From an uncultured Marinilabiliaceae bacterium (GTDB lineage Bacteria; Bacteroidota; Bacteroidia; Bacteroidales; Marinilabiliaceae), in assembly GCA_942490535.1 (NCBI GenBank), contig CALNXQ010000001.1, positions 124,396-188,395 of the forward strand: a DNA stretch of 64,000 nucleotides, read 5' to 3'. Of the stretch, positions 35,217 to 44,161 are shown in pieces. Numbering within the stretch: position 1 is the first letter of the stretch; each line of letters begins with the position of its first letter. The notes beneath the pieces are model-generated. The model did no database searches. It saw only the letters and a program-made list of their open reading frames with translations, and was not told where the DNA came from. The position numbers and the translations under genes were made by a program.

Positions 35217-35873
35217 ATGATGGAACTATTTCAAGCTGCATTTGCAGGGGTGAACCTCATTCCCACCATTTTACTATTGCTGATTCTGGTGTATTGGTTA
35301 TTCGTCATCATAGGCGCCCTGGACATGGATTTTCTTGATATGGATGTCGATAGCGGAGATGTAGATGCTGATGTGGACTCCGACGTGGACACTGATTCAG
35401 ATCTGGGGTCTGCAGCCTTTTTAAATTCTATTCTTACCTTTTTTAACCTGGGTAAGATGCCGTTTATGGTCTGGCTGAGTTTCCTGTTTATTCCCATGTG
35501 GTGTATTTCACTGCTCATGAATTACTTTCTGATGAACGGCTCCTTTCTGCTTTCGTTGCTTTATTTAATTCCCAATCTTATTGTTAGTTTGATGGTGTCA
35601 AAAGTACTGACTACACCGGTGGCTGCACTGTTTGCAAAATTGAAGCACAATGCGGAGGATAGCTTTAAATATGCAGGCAAGGTATGCACAGCTTTAATGC
35701 AAACCGATCATCAAAAATACGGGCAGGCCGAGATTCATCATGAAGGCAATACGTTTCGCATTACGATTCTGACCAAAGAAGATGGGATTCGCTTGCAAAA
35801 AGGTGAAACCGGATTAGTGATTGATTTTCTAGAAGATAAAAAATGTTATTTAGTAGAACCCTATAAATTATAA
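35217..35873 (+). CDS. YqiJ/NfeD-like membrane protein (DUF1449-like) with C-terminal OB-fold
   Basis: It has several TM helices, an acidic D/V-rich loop (DMDVDSGDVDADVDSDVDTDSD) and a C-terminal beta-barrel region (GKVCTALMQTDHQKYGQAEIHHEGNTFRITIL). The start at 35217 (MMELFQ) is preferred over the track's 35166. It lies 3 nt upstream of the flotillin gene, as in E. coli yqiJK. Confidence 0.6.
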   Translation: MMELFQAAFAGVNLIPTILLLLILVYWLFVIIGALDMDFLDMDVDSGDVDADVDSDVDTDSDLGSAAFLNSILTFFNLGKMPFMVWLSFLFIPMWCISLLMNYFLMNGSFLLSLLYLIPNLIVSLMVSKVLTTPVAALFAKLKHNAEDSFKYAGKVCTALMQTDHQKYGQAEIHHEGNTFRITILTKEDGIRLQKGETGLVIDFLEDKKCYLVEPYKL

Positions 35874-35876
35874 AGA

Positions 35877-38084
35877 ATGGAATTTGTTGAAAGTTTAGGT
35901 GTTTCGGTGATTGTTCTATTTGCTGTTGTGGCTTTTGGAATATTGGCACTGATCGTAAAAACCTATCGTAAAGCCACACAAGGTCAGGCCTTGGTAAGAA
36001 CCGGTGCATTCGGAACAAAAGTTTCGTTTTCGGGGATGTTTGTTATTCCGGTTCTTCACCGCATGGAGATTATGGATATCACGCTTAAAACCATTGTTAT
36101 TGAAAGAGCAGGTAAAGAAGGCTTGATTTGTATGGATAATATGCGTGCTGATATCAAGGTGAACTTTTTTGTGCGGGTTAATAAAACCGGTGAGGATGTT
36201 GTGCAGGTGGCGCAGTCCATTGGTTGTCCGCGTGCTTCTGATCAAAAAGCGTTGGTGGATTTGTTTGATGCCAAATTTTCCGAGGCTTTAAAAACCGTGG
36301 GTAAACAATTTGAATTTGTGGAATTGTATAATTCCCGTGACAAATTCAAACATGAAATACTGAATATCATTGGCACCGACCTGAACGGTTACATCCTGGA
36401 TGATTGTGCCATTGACTTTTTGGAGCAAACTCCCTTAAGTTCTTTATCAGAAGATAATATTCTGGATGCAGAAGGTATTAAAAAGATTGTTGAGCTGACT
36501 GCCAGACAAAAGATATTATCCAATCAAATTGCACGCGATAAGGAGAAAACCATTACCAAGCAGGATGTGGAGGCGCGCGAAACGGTGTTGGAGTTAGAGC
36601 GTCAGTTAGCTGAATCGGAAGAGAACCAGCGACGCGAAGTGGCTAATATTAAAGATCGTCAGAATGCAGAAATAGCCAAGGTGGCGCAGGAACAACGCCT
36701 GATTGCTGAAAAAGCACGGATTGCCACAGAAGAAGAAGTGGCAGTAACAGAAAAGAACAAAGAGCGCCAGATTGTGATTGCAGAGAAGAATCGCGAAAAA
36801 GTTGAACTGGTCGAGACAGAGGCTGTGGAGCAGGATCGGGCTTTGAAGCAAACAGAACGCGAAAAAGTAGTGGCGTTGGCTCAGATTGCCAAAGAGAAAG
36901 AGCTGGAGATGCAGCGTAAAGAAATTCAGGAAGTGATTCGTGAGCGGGTGGAAGTAGAAAAAGCCACGGTTGCGGAACAGGAGAAAATTAAAGATACGCA
37001 GGAATTTGCCACAGCCGATCGGGCCAAGAAAGTGGCGATTACCACGGCTGAAATGGATGCTGAAGAGGCATTTGTGCGCGAGATTAAATCAGCTGAGGCC
37101 ACTAAAAATGCGGCTGAACACATCGCTAAAACCAAGTTGATTCAGGCGGAAGCTGAATATGCAGCTGCGGGTAAACACGCAGAAGCCACCAAAATTCTGG
37201 CTGAAGCAAAAGCGGCTGAAGCGGCAGCTTTAGGAATCGCCGAAGCCCAAGTGATTGAAGCGAAAGCGAAAGCCTTAGAGATTCAGGGAACCAATGAGGC
37301 CAAAGTAATGGAGGTGAAAGCCAAAGCGGAAGCAACTGGTGTGAAAGCGAAAGCCGAGGCAGATGCTGACGCAGCTAAAAATGTAGGAGTGGCTGCCGCC
37401 ATGGTCGTCAAAGCGAAAGCAGAAGCGGATGCTGAAGCTACCAAAAATGTAGGCGTTGCAGAAGCGGAAGTCATCAAAGCAAAAGCGGTGGCTGCCGAAG
37501 AAAAAGGACAGGCTGAGAACAAGGTGTTGGAAGAGCGCTACGCTGTGGAAGCCAAGGGTATCGAAGAAAAAGGGATGGCCATGAAGAAACTGGATTCTGT
37601 TGGTCGTGACCACGAGGAGTTCAAGTTGAAACTTGATATGGAGAAAGAATTGGAGCTGGCACGCATCCGCATTCAGAAAGATATTGCTGATGCTCAGGCC
37701 CAGGTGATTGCCGAAGCTTTGAGAGCTGCCAATATTGATATTGTGGGTGGCGAAACCATGTTCTTTGATAAAATTATCGGTTCAATCACACAAGGAAAGC
37801 AGGTGGATAAGATTGTGAACAACAGCCAAATCATTTCTGAAATAAAAGATCATTTCTTTGATGGTTCGGATGGTAAGAGCTTTAAAGAGCAAATCAATAG
37901 TTTTATTAGCCAGTTTGGGTTGTCATCCGAGGATGTGAAAAATCTGTCCATTAGTGCATTGCTTTATAAAATGATGCAGGCCAATAAGGATCAGAAAACT
38001 GAAGGAGTTTTGAACAACCTGAGTGAAATAGCCAAGTCATTAGGTGTTTCTGAGAAAACAGCTGGTTTCTTAGGAATCGTTTAA
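35877..38084 (+). CDS. Flotillin/SPFH (band 7) family protein, YqiK-like, extended (735 aa)
   Basis: It has an N-terminal TM helix and an SPFH domain (residues ~40-220), followed by a long coiled-coil with Ala/Glu/Lys-rich flotillin repeats. Confidence 0.8.
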   Translation: MEFVESLGVSVIVLFAVVAFGILALIVKTYRKATQGQALVRTGAFGTKVSFSGMFVIPVLHRMEIMDITLKTIVIERAGKEGLICMDNMRADIKVNFFVRVNKTGEDVVQVAQSIGCPRASDQKALVDLFDAKFSEALKTVGKQFEFVELYNSRDKFKHEILNIIGTDLNGYILDDCAIDFLEQTPLSSLSEDNILDAEGIKKIVELTARQKILSNQIARDKEKTITKQDVEARETVLELERQLAESEENQRREVANIKDRQNAEIAKVAQEQRLIAEKARIATEEEVAVTEKNKERQIVIAEKNREKVELVETEAVEQDRALKQTEREKVVALAQIAKEKELEMQRKEIQEVIRERVEVEKATVAEQEKIKDTQEFATADRAKKVAITTAEMDAEEAFVREIKSAEATKNAAEHIAKTKLIQAEAEYAAAGKHAEATKILAEAKAAEAAALGIAEAQVIEAKAKALEIQGTNEAKVMEVKAKAEATGVKAKAEADADAAKNVGVAAAMVVKAKAEADAEATKNVGVAEAEVIKAKAVAAEEKGQAENKVLEERYAVEAKGIEEKGMAMKKLDSVGRDHEEFKLKLDMEKELELARIRIQKDIADAQAQVIAEALRAANIDIVGGETMFFDKIIGSITQGKQVDKIVNNSQIISEIKDHFFDGSDGKSFKEQINSFISQFGLSSEDVKNLSISALLYKMMQANKDQKTEGVLNNLSEIAKSLGVSEKTAGFLGIV
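37344..37475 (+). repeat. Two tandem 66-nt (22-aa) repeats inside the flotillin gene
   Basis: The encoded repeats are KAKAEADADAAKNVGVAAAMVV and KAKAEADAEATKNVGVAEAEVI, and the nucleotide copies are about 80% identical. Confidence 0.7.
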
Positions 38085-38096
38085 GACCAGAATATT

Positions 38097-38122
38097 GGGG
38101 TGAATACACGAGTATTCACCCC
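38097..38122 (+). promoter_or_regulatory. Very stable hairpin between the flotillin and giant ATPase genes
   Basis: GGGGTGAATAC-ACGA-GTATTCACCCC is a perfect 11-bp stem with a tetraloop. No T-run follows. Confidence 0.6.
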
Positions 38123-38191
38123 GATCTCTTTGAGGGGATCTATACTTTCCGGAATGCATAATTTAACCAATCACAATAAATCGAAAAGGAT

Positions 38192-41100
38192 ATGTCAGAC
38201 GATCAGGTGATGAATACAGACAGCGTCCAGCTGGAGGAAGGAACCTATGAAATTATTAAGAATCGCCTTCGCAAGCATGGGGATGATCTGAATGAACGAC
38301 TTGATAAACTGAATGCGGCGCGCAAAGAAGTCTTTGGTTCCATCGAAACTACATTGGTCGCTACCGATCGCATTACGACCGATAATAACTGTTCGCCGGC
38401 AGATATGGTGGCCTTTGGTAATTTGATGTTGTTTGGCTACAATGTTACCATTGGTTTGAAAACAAAAACCACACCCCAGGATGTGTTTAGTATCTATAGA
38501 TACGGTGATCATACCTTTGCCAAACAGAAATCTGAACTCATCAGTGATCCTCAGTTTCTAAAGGACTTTGATAACCTATACGAGTATTATAAAATCACCA
38601 CATTTATAAAGTTTGCCGTCATCGGCCCGCACTTGTTCATGGTGTTCAGAACTGGTAAAGGAGTTGATGACATTAAAGCCTTCAAATGGCTCATTATTGG
38701 GGAGCAATTGCAATACCTGGGAAATCGCAGTACTCATGAATATGTATTTCCCGATCAGCATGAATTTCAGTGGAAGAAAACAACCCGTGACATGTACGTG
38801 TATGGAGAGCATCCGCATGTATCCATTGAAGATATTGTATTTGTAGAAACGGTGGGGGGCGATTTAACCATTAAGGTGGAAGATAATACCAATTCAGGAT
38901 TGGGTATATTGGCGGAAGATGTAGAGGTGAAGGAGCAGACCCTGGATGATGCAGAGATGTACTATGCCATTATTGGTAACCTGGTGGTGTTAAAGATTAA
39001 ACCGTATCAGGAGAAGGCATATCGTTACTTTGTTTATAATTCCAAGGTTCAGGAAGCCAAACGGATTGATGCGTTGGAAGATTCATGTGTATTGCTGCCG
39101 GACAACCAGGGTTTGATCTTTGCCAATGGTTATTACCTTCAAAATGGTCAATACAAGTTATTTGATAATCAGGTGGAAGATTTACTCTTCGAAACCAAAT
39201 ATGCCTCAGTGAATGGGGAGGATTATTTATATGTTTTCTATAATCAGCAATTTGGTACGTATGTATTGTTGATTTATAATTTGATTACCCAGCGCATAGA
39301 GACGCCTCTTTTATGTAATGGCTACTCCATTTTTGATAACGGGGAACTCTGCTACTTCAAAGGGCAGGAAGAAGAATCCCGGAATCATGCCATTCAGGTG
39401 TGGCAAACGCCTTTTGTAAGTACAAATTTTGAGTTGCCCACAGCTAATAACTCCCGCTTGTATAAAATCGGCAACAAGGATATTGTGCGTGCCATGGCAG
39501 AATGTAATGAGGTATTGATTCTTATTCGCAAGGAAGACTCCTACGCCAATTTATATGTGGATTTGGTCAAGCGCTCAACGAATATCATGGATTCCTATTA
39601 CTGGATTGATGAAACGGAGGCCTTTCACTTGAATCAGCCTTTAGTAGCCATAAAAAAATCGGCAGCATCGGCCATTAATGAATTTGAGAAGGTAAAAACC
39701 ATCCGTAAGGATACCAAAGATAAAGTTCAACAAACCCGCCAGAAGGTTGAGGAAATCTTTAAGCACATTACAAAGCAGCAATTTACCGATATTAATCGCT
39801 TTGTCGATCTCCTGGCTGCTTTGCGTGCTGTACGGGGTGAAGTGATTAGTCTGAAGGAATTGCGCTACGTCGACTTAGGGTTTGTCAAAGAGCTGGAGGT
39901 TTCTGTAGAAGAGAAAACGAAACGTCTTTCGCAGGATTGTGTCCGTTTTTTGTTGCGAGATGATGCACTTAATAGTTATAAGAAGCGCGTTGATGAGATC
40001 CGGAATGGGGTAAAAGCCATTGCCAAGGTGAAAGAAGCGGATGAGTTGGCCGATGAAATACTCAAGGTAGCCAATCAGTTGGAAATGCTCATTGACATTG
40101 TGAGTAATCTGAAAATTGAGGATGCCACTCAAACTACGCAGATTATTAATAATATTTCGGAGGTGTATTCACAATTCAACCAGATCAAGGCGGAATTGAA
40201 AAAGCAACGGAAAAACCTTCGTTCCGTAGAAGCGCAGGCTGAATTTGCGTCTCAACTAAAGCTGGTGGAGCAGGGAATGGTGAATTATCTGGATTTATGT
40301 GATTCACCTGGCAAAACCGATGAGTACCTTTCTAAATTGATGGTTCAACTGGAAGAGCTGGAAGGGAAGTTTAGCGATTTCGAGGAATTTATCGATAAGG
40401 TTGCACAACGACGTGAGGAGGTTTACAATGCTTTTGAATCCAAAAAGCTCAACCTGGTCGAAACGCGTAACCGCCGGACCACAGCCCTTCAGTCTTCTGC
40501 TGAGCGGATTTTAAAAGCCATTCGAAGCCGGGTGTCCAAGTTTAAGGATGTCAATGACGTAAATGGCTATTTCGCCTCTGATTTGATGATTGAAAAGGTC
40601 CGCGATGTCATCGCTGAGCTGAAAGCTATGGATGATAACATCAAAGCCGATGATCTTGAGAGTAAACTCAAATCGGTTAAAGAAGAGACTGTGCGGCAAA
40701 TTAAAGACCGCCTGGAGTTGTTTGAAGAGGGTGCCAATATCATCAAATTCGGCAATCATAAGTTTTCGGTGAATGTGCAGCAGCTGGAACTCTCCATGGT
40801 GAATCGCGACAATCAGATGTTCTATCACTTATCGGGGACTAATTTTTTTGAGGCTGTCAAAAGTGAATCGTTTTTGGCCACAAAAAATGTATGGAACCAA
40901 GTGTTGCCTTCGGAAGATAGTTCTGTATATCGAAGTGAGTTTTTGGCCTATCATATTTTTCAGGCTGCCCAACAGTCCGTTAATGGCACTGAACCTGGGG
41001 TGAAGGAACTTTCGGCCTATAATTCGGAGGAGTTACAGGCATATGTGCAGAAGTTCATGTCGGTACGATATAATGAAGGGTATTCAAAAGGAATCCACGA

Positions 41101-43087
41101 TGAAGATGCCCGTACCATCTTAGCAGCCTGCCTTCAAGTGAATGAAAATGCAGATCTGCTTTGTTATGCAGCGCAGGCGAGAGCCTGTGCGGAGTATTTC
41201 TGGAGGATATATCTGAGTGAACAGCAACGTAATGAATTAAATTACAATTTAAAAGGGGCGGGTCTTATCTTAAAAGTATTTCCACGTACCAGGCAGTTTG
41301 ATTACCTGCAGGAGACGTTAAAAAGGCGAATGCATGATTTTTTATCGGGCATCAACTTATTTGATGCGCGAATCACTGATGAAGCGGCTGGATATCTGTT
41401 TTATGAGATGACGCGGGGTGATCAGTTTATTCTATCTGGAGTGGGCAACGAAATTCTGAATACATTCTATAGTTATCTGAGAAAAAGTCAGGCTATTGGG
41501 CATTACGAGAATTCACTTAAGCCGCTGAAGGCTCAGCCAGATCAGGCCTTGCAATTGATTCGTAGCTGGCTGAATGCGTTTTTCGATGATGCCGGTGGGG
41601 ATCGGGAATATTTGGATGAATGTGCCATGACTTTGTTATTGGAATCGATGGATAGTAAGAAGCTAATTGATCAATCGGTGAAATTGGAATTAAAAGGATT
41701 GAAAGGGTCTCATGGCCTCATAAAAGAAGATTCCTATGCTTTTGATTACAATGCTTTCATGGCACGGTTAAAGGAATTCTCTACGGTAAAGTCGGAGCAG
41801 TTTAATCAATACAATGCATTGAAAAAAAAGTTAGTAGAAGACTTTGCTTATGACCTGCGGTTAAATGAATTTAAACCAAGGGTGTTAACTTCCTTTGTGC
41901 GAAATAAATTGATTGATAAGGTGTATTTACCACTAATCGGGAATAACCTGGCCAAGCAAATTGGGGCCGAAGGGGAAGGGAAACGGACGGACTTAATGGG
42001 AATGTTGCTGTTGATTTCTCCTCCTGGATATGGTAAAACCACGTTGATGGAATATCTGGCCAGTCGTTTGGGGATTATCTTTATGAAGATCAACGGACCA
42101 TCCATTGGACATGCCATTACATCGTTGGATCCCTCTGAAGCAGCCAATGCAGCCGCTCGGGAGGAGTTGGAGAAACTAAATCTGGCCTTTGAGATGGGAG
42201 ATAACGTCATGATCTATCTGGACGATATTCAGCATTGTAACCCGGAGTTTTTACAGAAATTTATTTCCCTTTGTGATGCCCAGCGTAAGATTGAAGGCGT
42301 CTATAAAGGAAGGAGTAAAACCTATGATTTTCGGGGTAAGAAAGTATGTGTGGTGATGGCTGGTAATCCATATACTGAAAGTGGCGACAAGTTTAAAATA
42401 CCGGATATGTTAGCCAACCGGGCTGATATCTATAACATAGGTGATATATTGGGTGGGTCTGAAGAGGAGTTTAAATTGAGTTATATCGAGAACTCTTTAA
42501 CATCCAATCCGGCATTAAATAAGTTGGCTTCTAAAAGTCAAAAGGACTTATATACGCTCATTAGCATTGCCAGTACCGGTAAAAAAGATGGTTTTGAGTT
42601 TGAGTCCAGTCATACCCCCGATGAGATTGCTGAATATGTGGATGTGTTGAAAAAGCTAATCCTTGCCCGCGATGTGATTTTGAAAGTCAATCAGGCATAT
42701 ATTCACTCCGCAGCTCAGGCGGATGAGCACAGGACCGAGCCACCATTTAAATTGCAAGGTTCCTATCGGGATATGAATAAAATATCCGAAAAGGTACTTG
42801 CGGTGATGAATGAGAAAGAGATGGAAACTCTTATTTTGTCACATTACCAGAATGAAGCGCAAACCTTAACCACAGGTGCAGAGGCTAATATGTTAAAATT
42901 TAAAGAGATGTACGAAGTGATTACGCCGGATGAGAAACAACGCTGGGAAGCAATTAAAGAGTCCTTTGTCAGAAGTAATCGCCTGAAAGGAATGGGGGAC
43001 AATGATCAAACTACCCACATGATAGTACAAATGGAAGAAATAGCAAAAGGTGTCATTGGTATTAAGGATGTCATGAGCCAACAATAG
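38192..43087 (+). CDS. Giant (1631 aa) multidomain protein: N-terminal beta-rich region, central coiled-coil, C-terminal AAA_5 (MoxR/dynein-like) ATPase module
   Basis: The Walker A motif is ISPPGYGKTTL (~aa 1265). The Walker B-like motif is VMIYLDDIQHCNPE. Sensor 1 is VVMAGNPY, and the arginine-finger region is ANRADIYNIGD. About 500 aa between residues 480 and 1000 are heptad-rich coiled-coil. Residues 1-450 are beta-rich and of unknown fold. No TM segments are present. Confidence 0.6.
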   Translation: MSDDQVMNTDSVQLEEGTYEIIKNRLRKHGDDLNERLDKLNAARKEVFGSIETTLVATDRITTDNNCSPADMVAFGNLMLFGYNVTIGLKTKTTPQDVFSIYRYGDHTFAKQKSELISDPQFLKDFDNLYEYYKITTFIKFAVIGPHLFMVFRTGKGVDDIKAFKWLIIGEQLQYLGNRSTHEYVFPDQHEFQWKKTTRDMYVYGEHPHVSIEDIVFVETVGGDLTIKVEDNTNSGLGILAEDVEVKEQTLDDAEMYYAIIGNLVVLKIKPYQEKAYRYFVYNSKVQEAKRIDALEDSCVLLPDNQGLIFANGYYLQNGQYKLFDNQVEDLLFETKYASVNGEDYLYVFYNQQFGTYVLLIYNLITQRIETPLLCNGYSIFDNGELCYFKGQEEESRNHAIQVWQTPFVSTNFELPTANNSRLYKIGNKDIVRAMAECNEVLILIRKEDSYANLYVDLVKRSTNIMDSYYWIDETEAFHLNQPLVAIKKSAASAINEFEKVKTIRKDTKDKVQQTRQKVEEIFKHITKQQFTDINRFVDLLAALRAVRGEVISLKELRYVDLGFVKELEVSVEEKTKRLSQDCVRFLLRDDALNSYKKRVDEIRNGVKAIAKVKEADELADEILKVANQLEMLIDIVSNLKIEDATQTTQIINNISEVYSQFNQIKAELKKQRKNLRSVEAQAEFASQLKLVEQGMVNYLDLCDSPGKTDEYLSKLMVQLEELEGKFSDFEEFIDKVAQRREEVYNAFESKKLNLVETRNRRTTALQSSAERILKAIRSRVSKFKDVNDVNGYFASDLMIEKVRDVIAELKAMDDNIKADDLESKLKSVKEETVRQIKDRLELFEEGANIIKFGNHKFSVNVQQLELSMVNRDNQMFYHLSGTNFFEAVKSESFLATKNVWNQVLPSEDSSVYRSEFLAYHIFQAAQQSVNGTEPGVKELSAYNSEELQAYVQKFMSVRYNEGYSKGIHDEDARTILAACLQVNENADLLCYAAQARACAEYFWRIYLSEQQRNELNYNLKGAGLILKVFPRTRQFDYLQETLKRRMHDFLSGINLFDARITDEAAGYLFYEMTRGDQFILSGVGNEILNTFYSYLRKSQAIGHYENSLKPLKAQPDQALQLIRSWLNAFFDDAGGDREYLDECAMTLLLESMDSKKLIDQSVKLELKGLKGSHGLIKEDSYAFDYNAFMARLKEFSTVKSEQFNQYNALKKKLVEDFAYDLRLNEFKPRVLTSFVRNKLIDKVYLPLIGNNLAKQIGAEGEGKRTDLMGMLLLISPPGYGKTTLMEYLASRLGIIFMKINGPSIGHAITSLDPSEAANAAAREELEKLNLAFEMGDNVMIYLDDIQHCNPEFLQKFISLCDAQRKIEGVYKGRSKTYDFRGKKVCVVMAGNPYTESGDKFKIPDMLANRADIYNIGDILGGSEEEFKLSYIENSLTSNPALNKLASKSQKDLYTLISIASTGKKDGFEFESSHTPDEIAEYVDVLKKLILARDVILKVNQAYIHSAAQADEHRTEPPFKLQGSYRDMNKISEKVLAVMNEKEMETLILSHYQNEAQTLTTGAEANMLKFKEMYEVITPDEKQRWEAIKESFVRSNRLKGMGDNDQTTHMIVQMEEIAKGVIGIKDVMSQQ

Positions 43088-43091
43088 TTAG

Positions 43092-43988
43092 TTACTTTTT
43101 TTGTGTTTCAGAATCCGGTGGGTAGTGTCTTCCTGCCGGTTTCTTTTTTTGTTCAAACAGGCCAAAGCGATCGGTAATCAAACCAATGATTTCATTGGCA
43201 GTGGTTTCAATAGGTTTGTTTGTTACATTGATAATGGTGAACCCGCCGCGTTCAAACACAAAATGGGCATGTCGGATTTCCTGCTTCACAAAGTCAGGAT
43301 CCACATAATGGGTGTTGGTAGTATTTTGCATTTGCTCCAATCGTTTTTGGCGCATTGATAAGAGGGTGGACAGGTTAATATTAAGGCCAAAAACCCGGCG
43401 TGGATCAAGCTTAAACAACTCTGGTGGGGGCGCAATACCTTTCACCAACGGAACATTGGCTACTTTCCAGCCAAACATTGACATATAGACGCTTAATGGT
43501 GTTTTTCCTGCTCTGGAAACACCGGTCAGAATGATTTCAGCATCAAATAGACGGTTTGTGTTTACCCCATCGTCATGATTCAAGGCGTATTCAATGGCTT
43601 CGATGCGTTCGTAGTATTGGGCATTAATGCGACGGTACAGCCCGGGCACATTAACCGAAACCAATCCTAGTTTATTTTCCAGGAAGTTGGCCAAATCCCC
43701 CATTAGATCAATTTGATTTACCTCACATTCTTTACAAGTTGCTATTAAAAATTCACGCAGGTGGGCATTCACCATCGTGTGCACAATTAAACCATTATGA
43801 CGTTTCACACGGTTAACAACTTCCTTTATTTTGGCATCTGTTTGTACATTTGGAATGATGTTCACATGCACTTTGTTGTCGGGATACTGAATGAGTAACC
43901 CTCGCACCAGGGTGTGTCCGGCCACTCCTTTACCACCTGAGATGATGAATAGCGGCACTTGTTGAGATAAATCAGACTTATCCATCAA
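43092..43988 (-). CDS. ppsR: PEP synthase / pyruvate phosphate dikinase regulatory protein (bifunctional kinase-pyrophosphorylase, DUF299)
   Basis: The P-loop-like motif GVSRAGKTPLSVYMS and the N-terminal IISGGKGVAGHT are seen. It is 298 aa. Confidence 0.75.
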   Translation of the reverse strand: MMDKSDLSQQVPLFIISGGKGVAGHTLVRGLLIQYPDNKVHVNIIPNVQTDAKIKEVVNRVKRHNGLIVHTMVNAHLREFLIATCKECEVNQIDLMGDLANFLENKLGLVSVNVPGLYRRINAQYYERIEAIEYALNHDDGVNTNRLFDAEIILTGVSRAGKTPLSVYMSMFGWKVANVPLVKGIAPPPELFKLDPRRVFGLNINLSTLLSMRQKRLEQMQNTTNTHYVDPDFVKQEIRHAHFVFERGGFTIINVTNKPIETTANEIIGLITDRFGLFEQKKKPAGRHYPPDSETQKK

Positions 43989-44161
43989 AACAAGTTACAG
44001 TAAATTAAAAAGATTGTAAAGTTGTTATTTTAATCGGGGAATAGATTTTTCTAAGTGATGAAATCTATCTTTTTATAAGATAATTTGAAAAGGTTAAAGA
44101 TATAAGCCAACTTTGTAAATTAGATACGTAACCATTCGCTGGTTGTACTTGTTAAAAGGTT

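Noticed and set aside
37126-37613. Minus-strand ORFs (69-112 aa) inside the flotillin gene
   Set aside because: They are antisense artefacts of the Ala/Glu/Lys-repeat region, with low-complexity translations, and fall entirely within a well-supported plus-strand gene.
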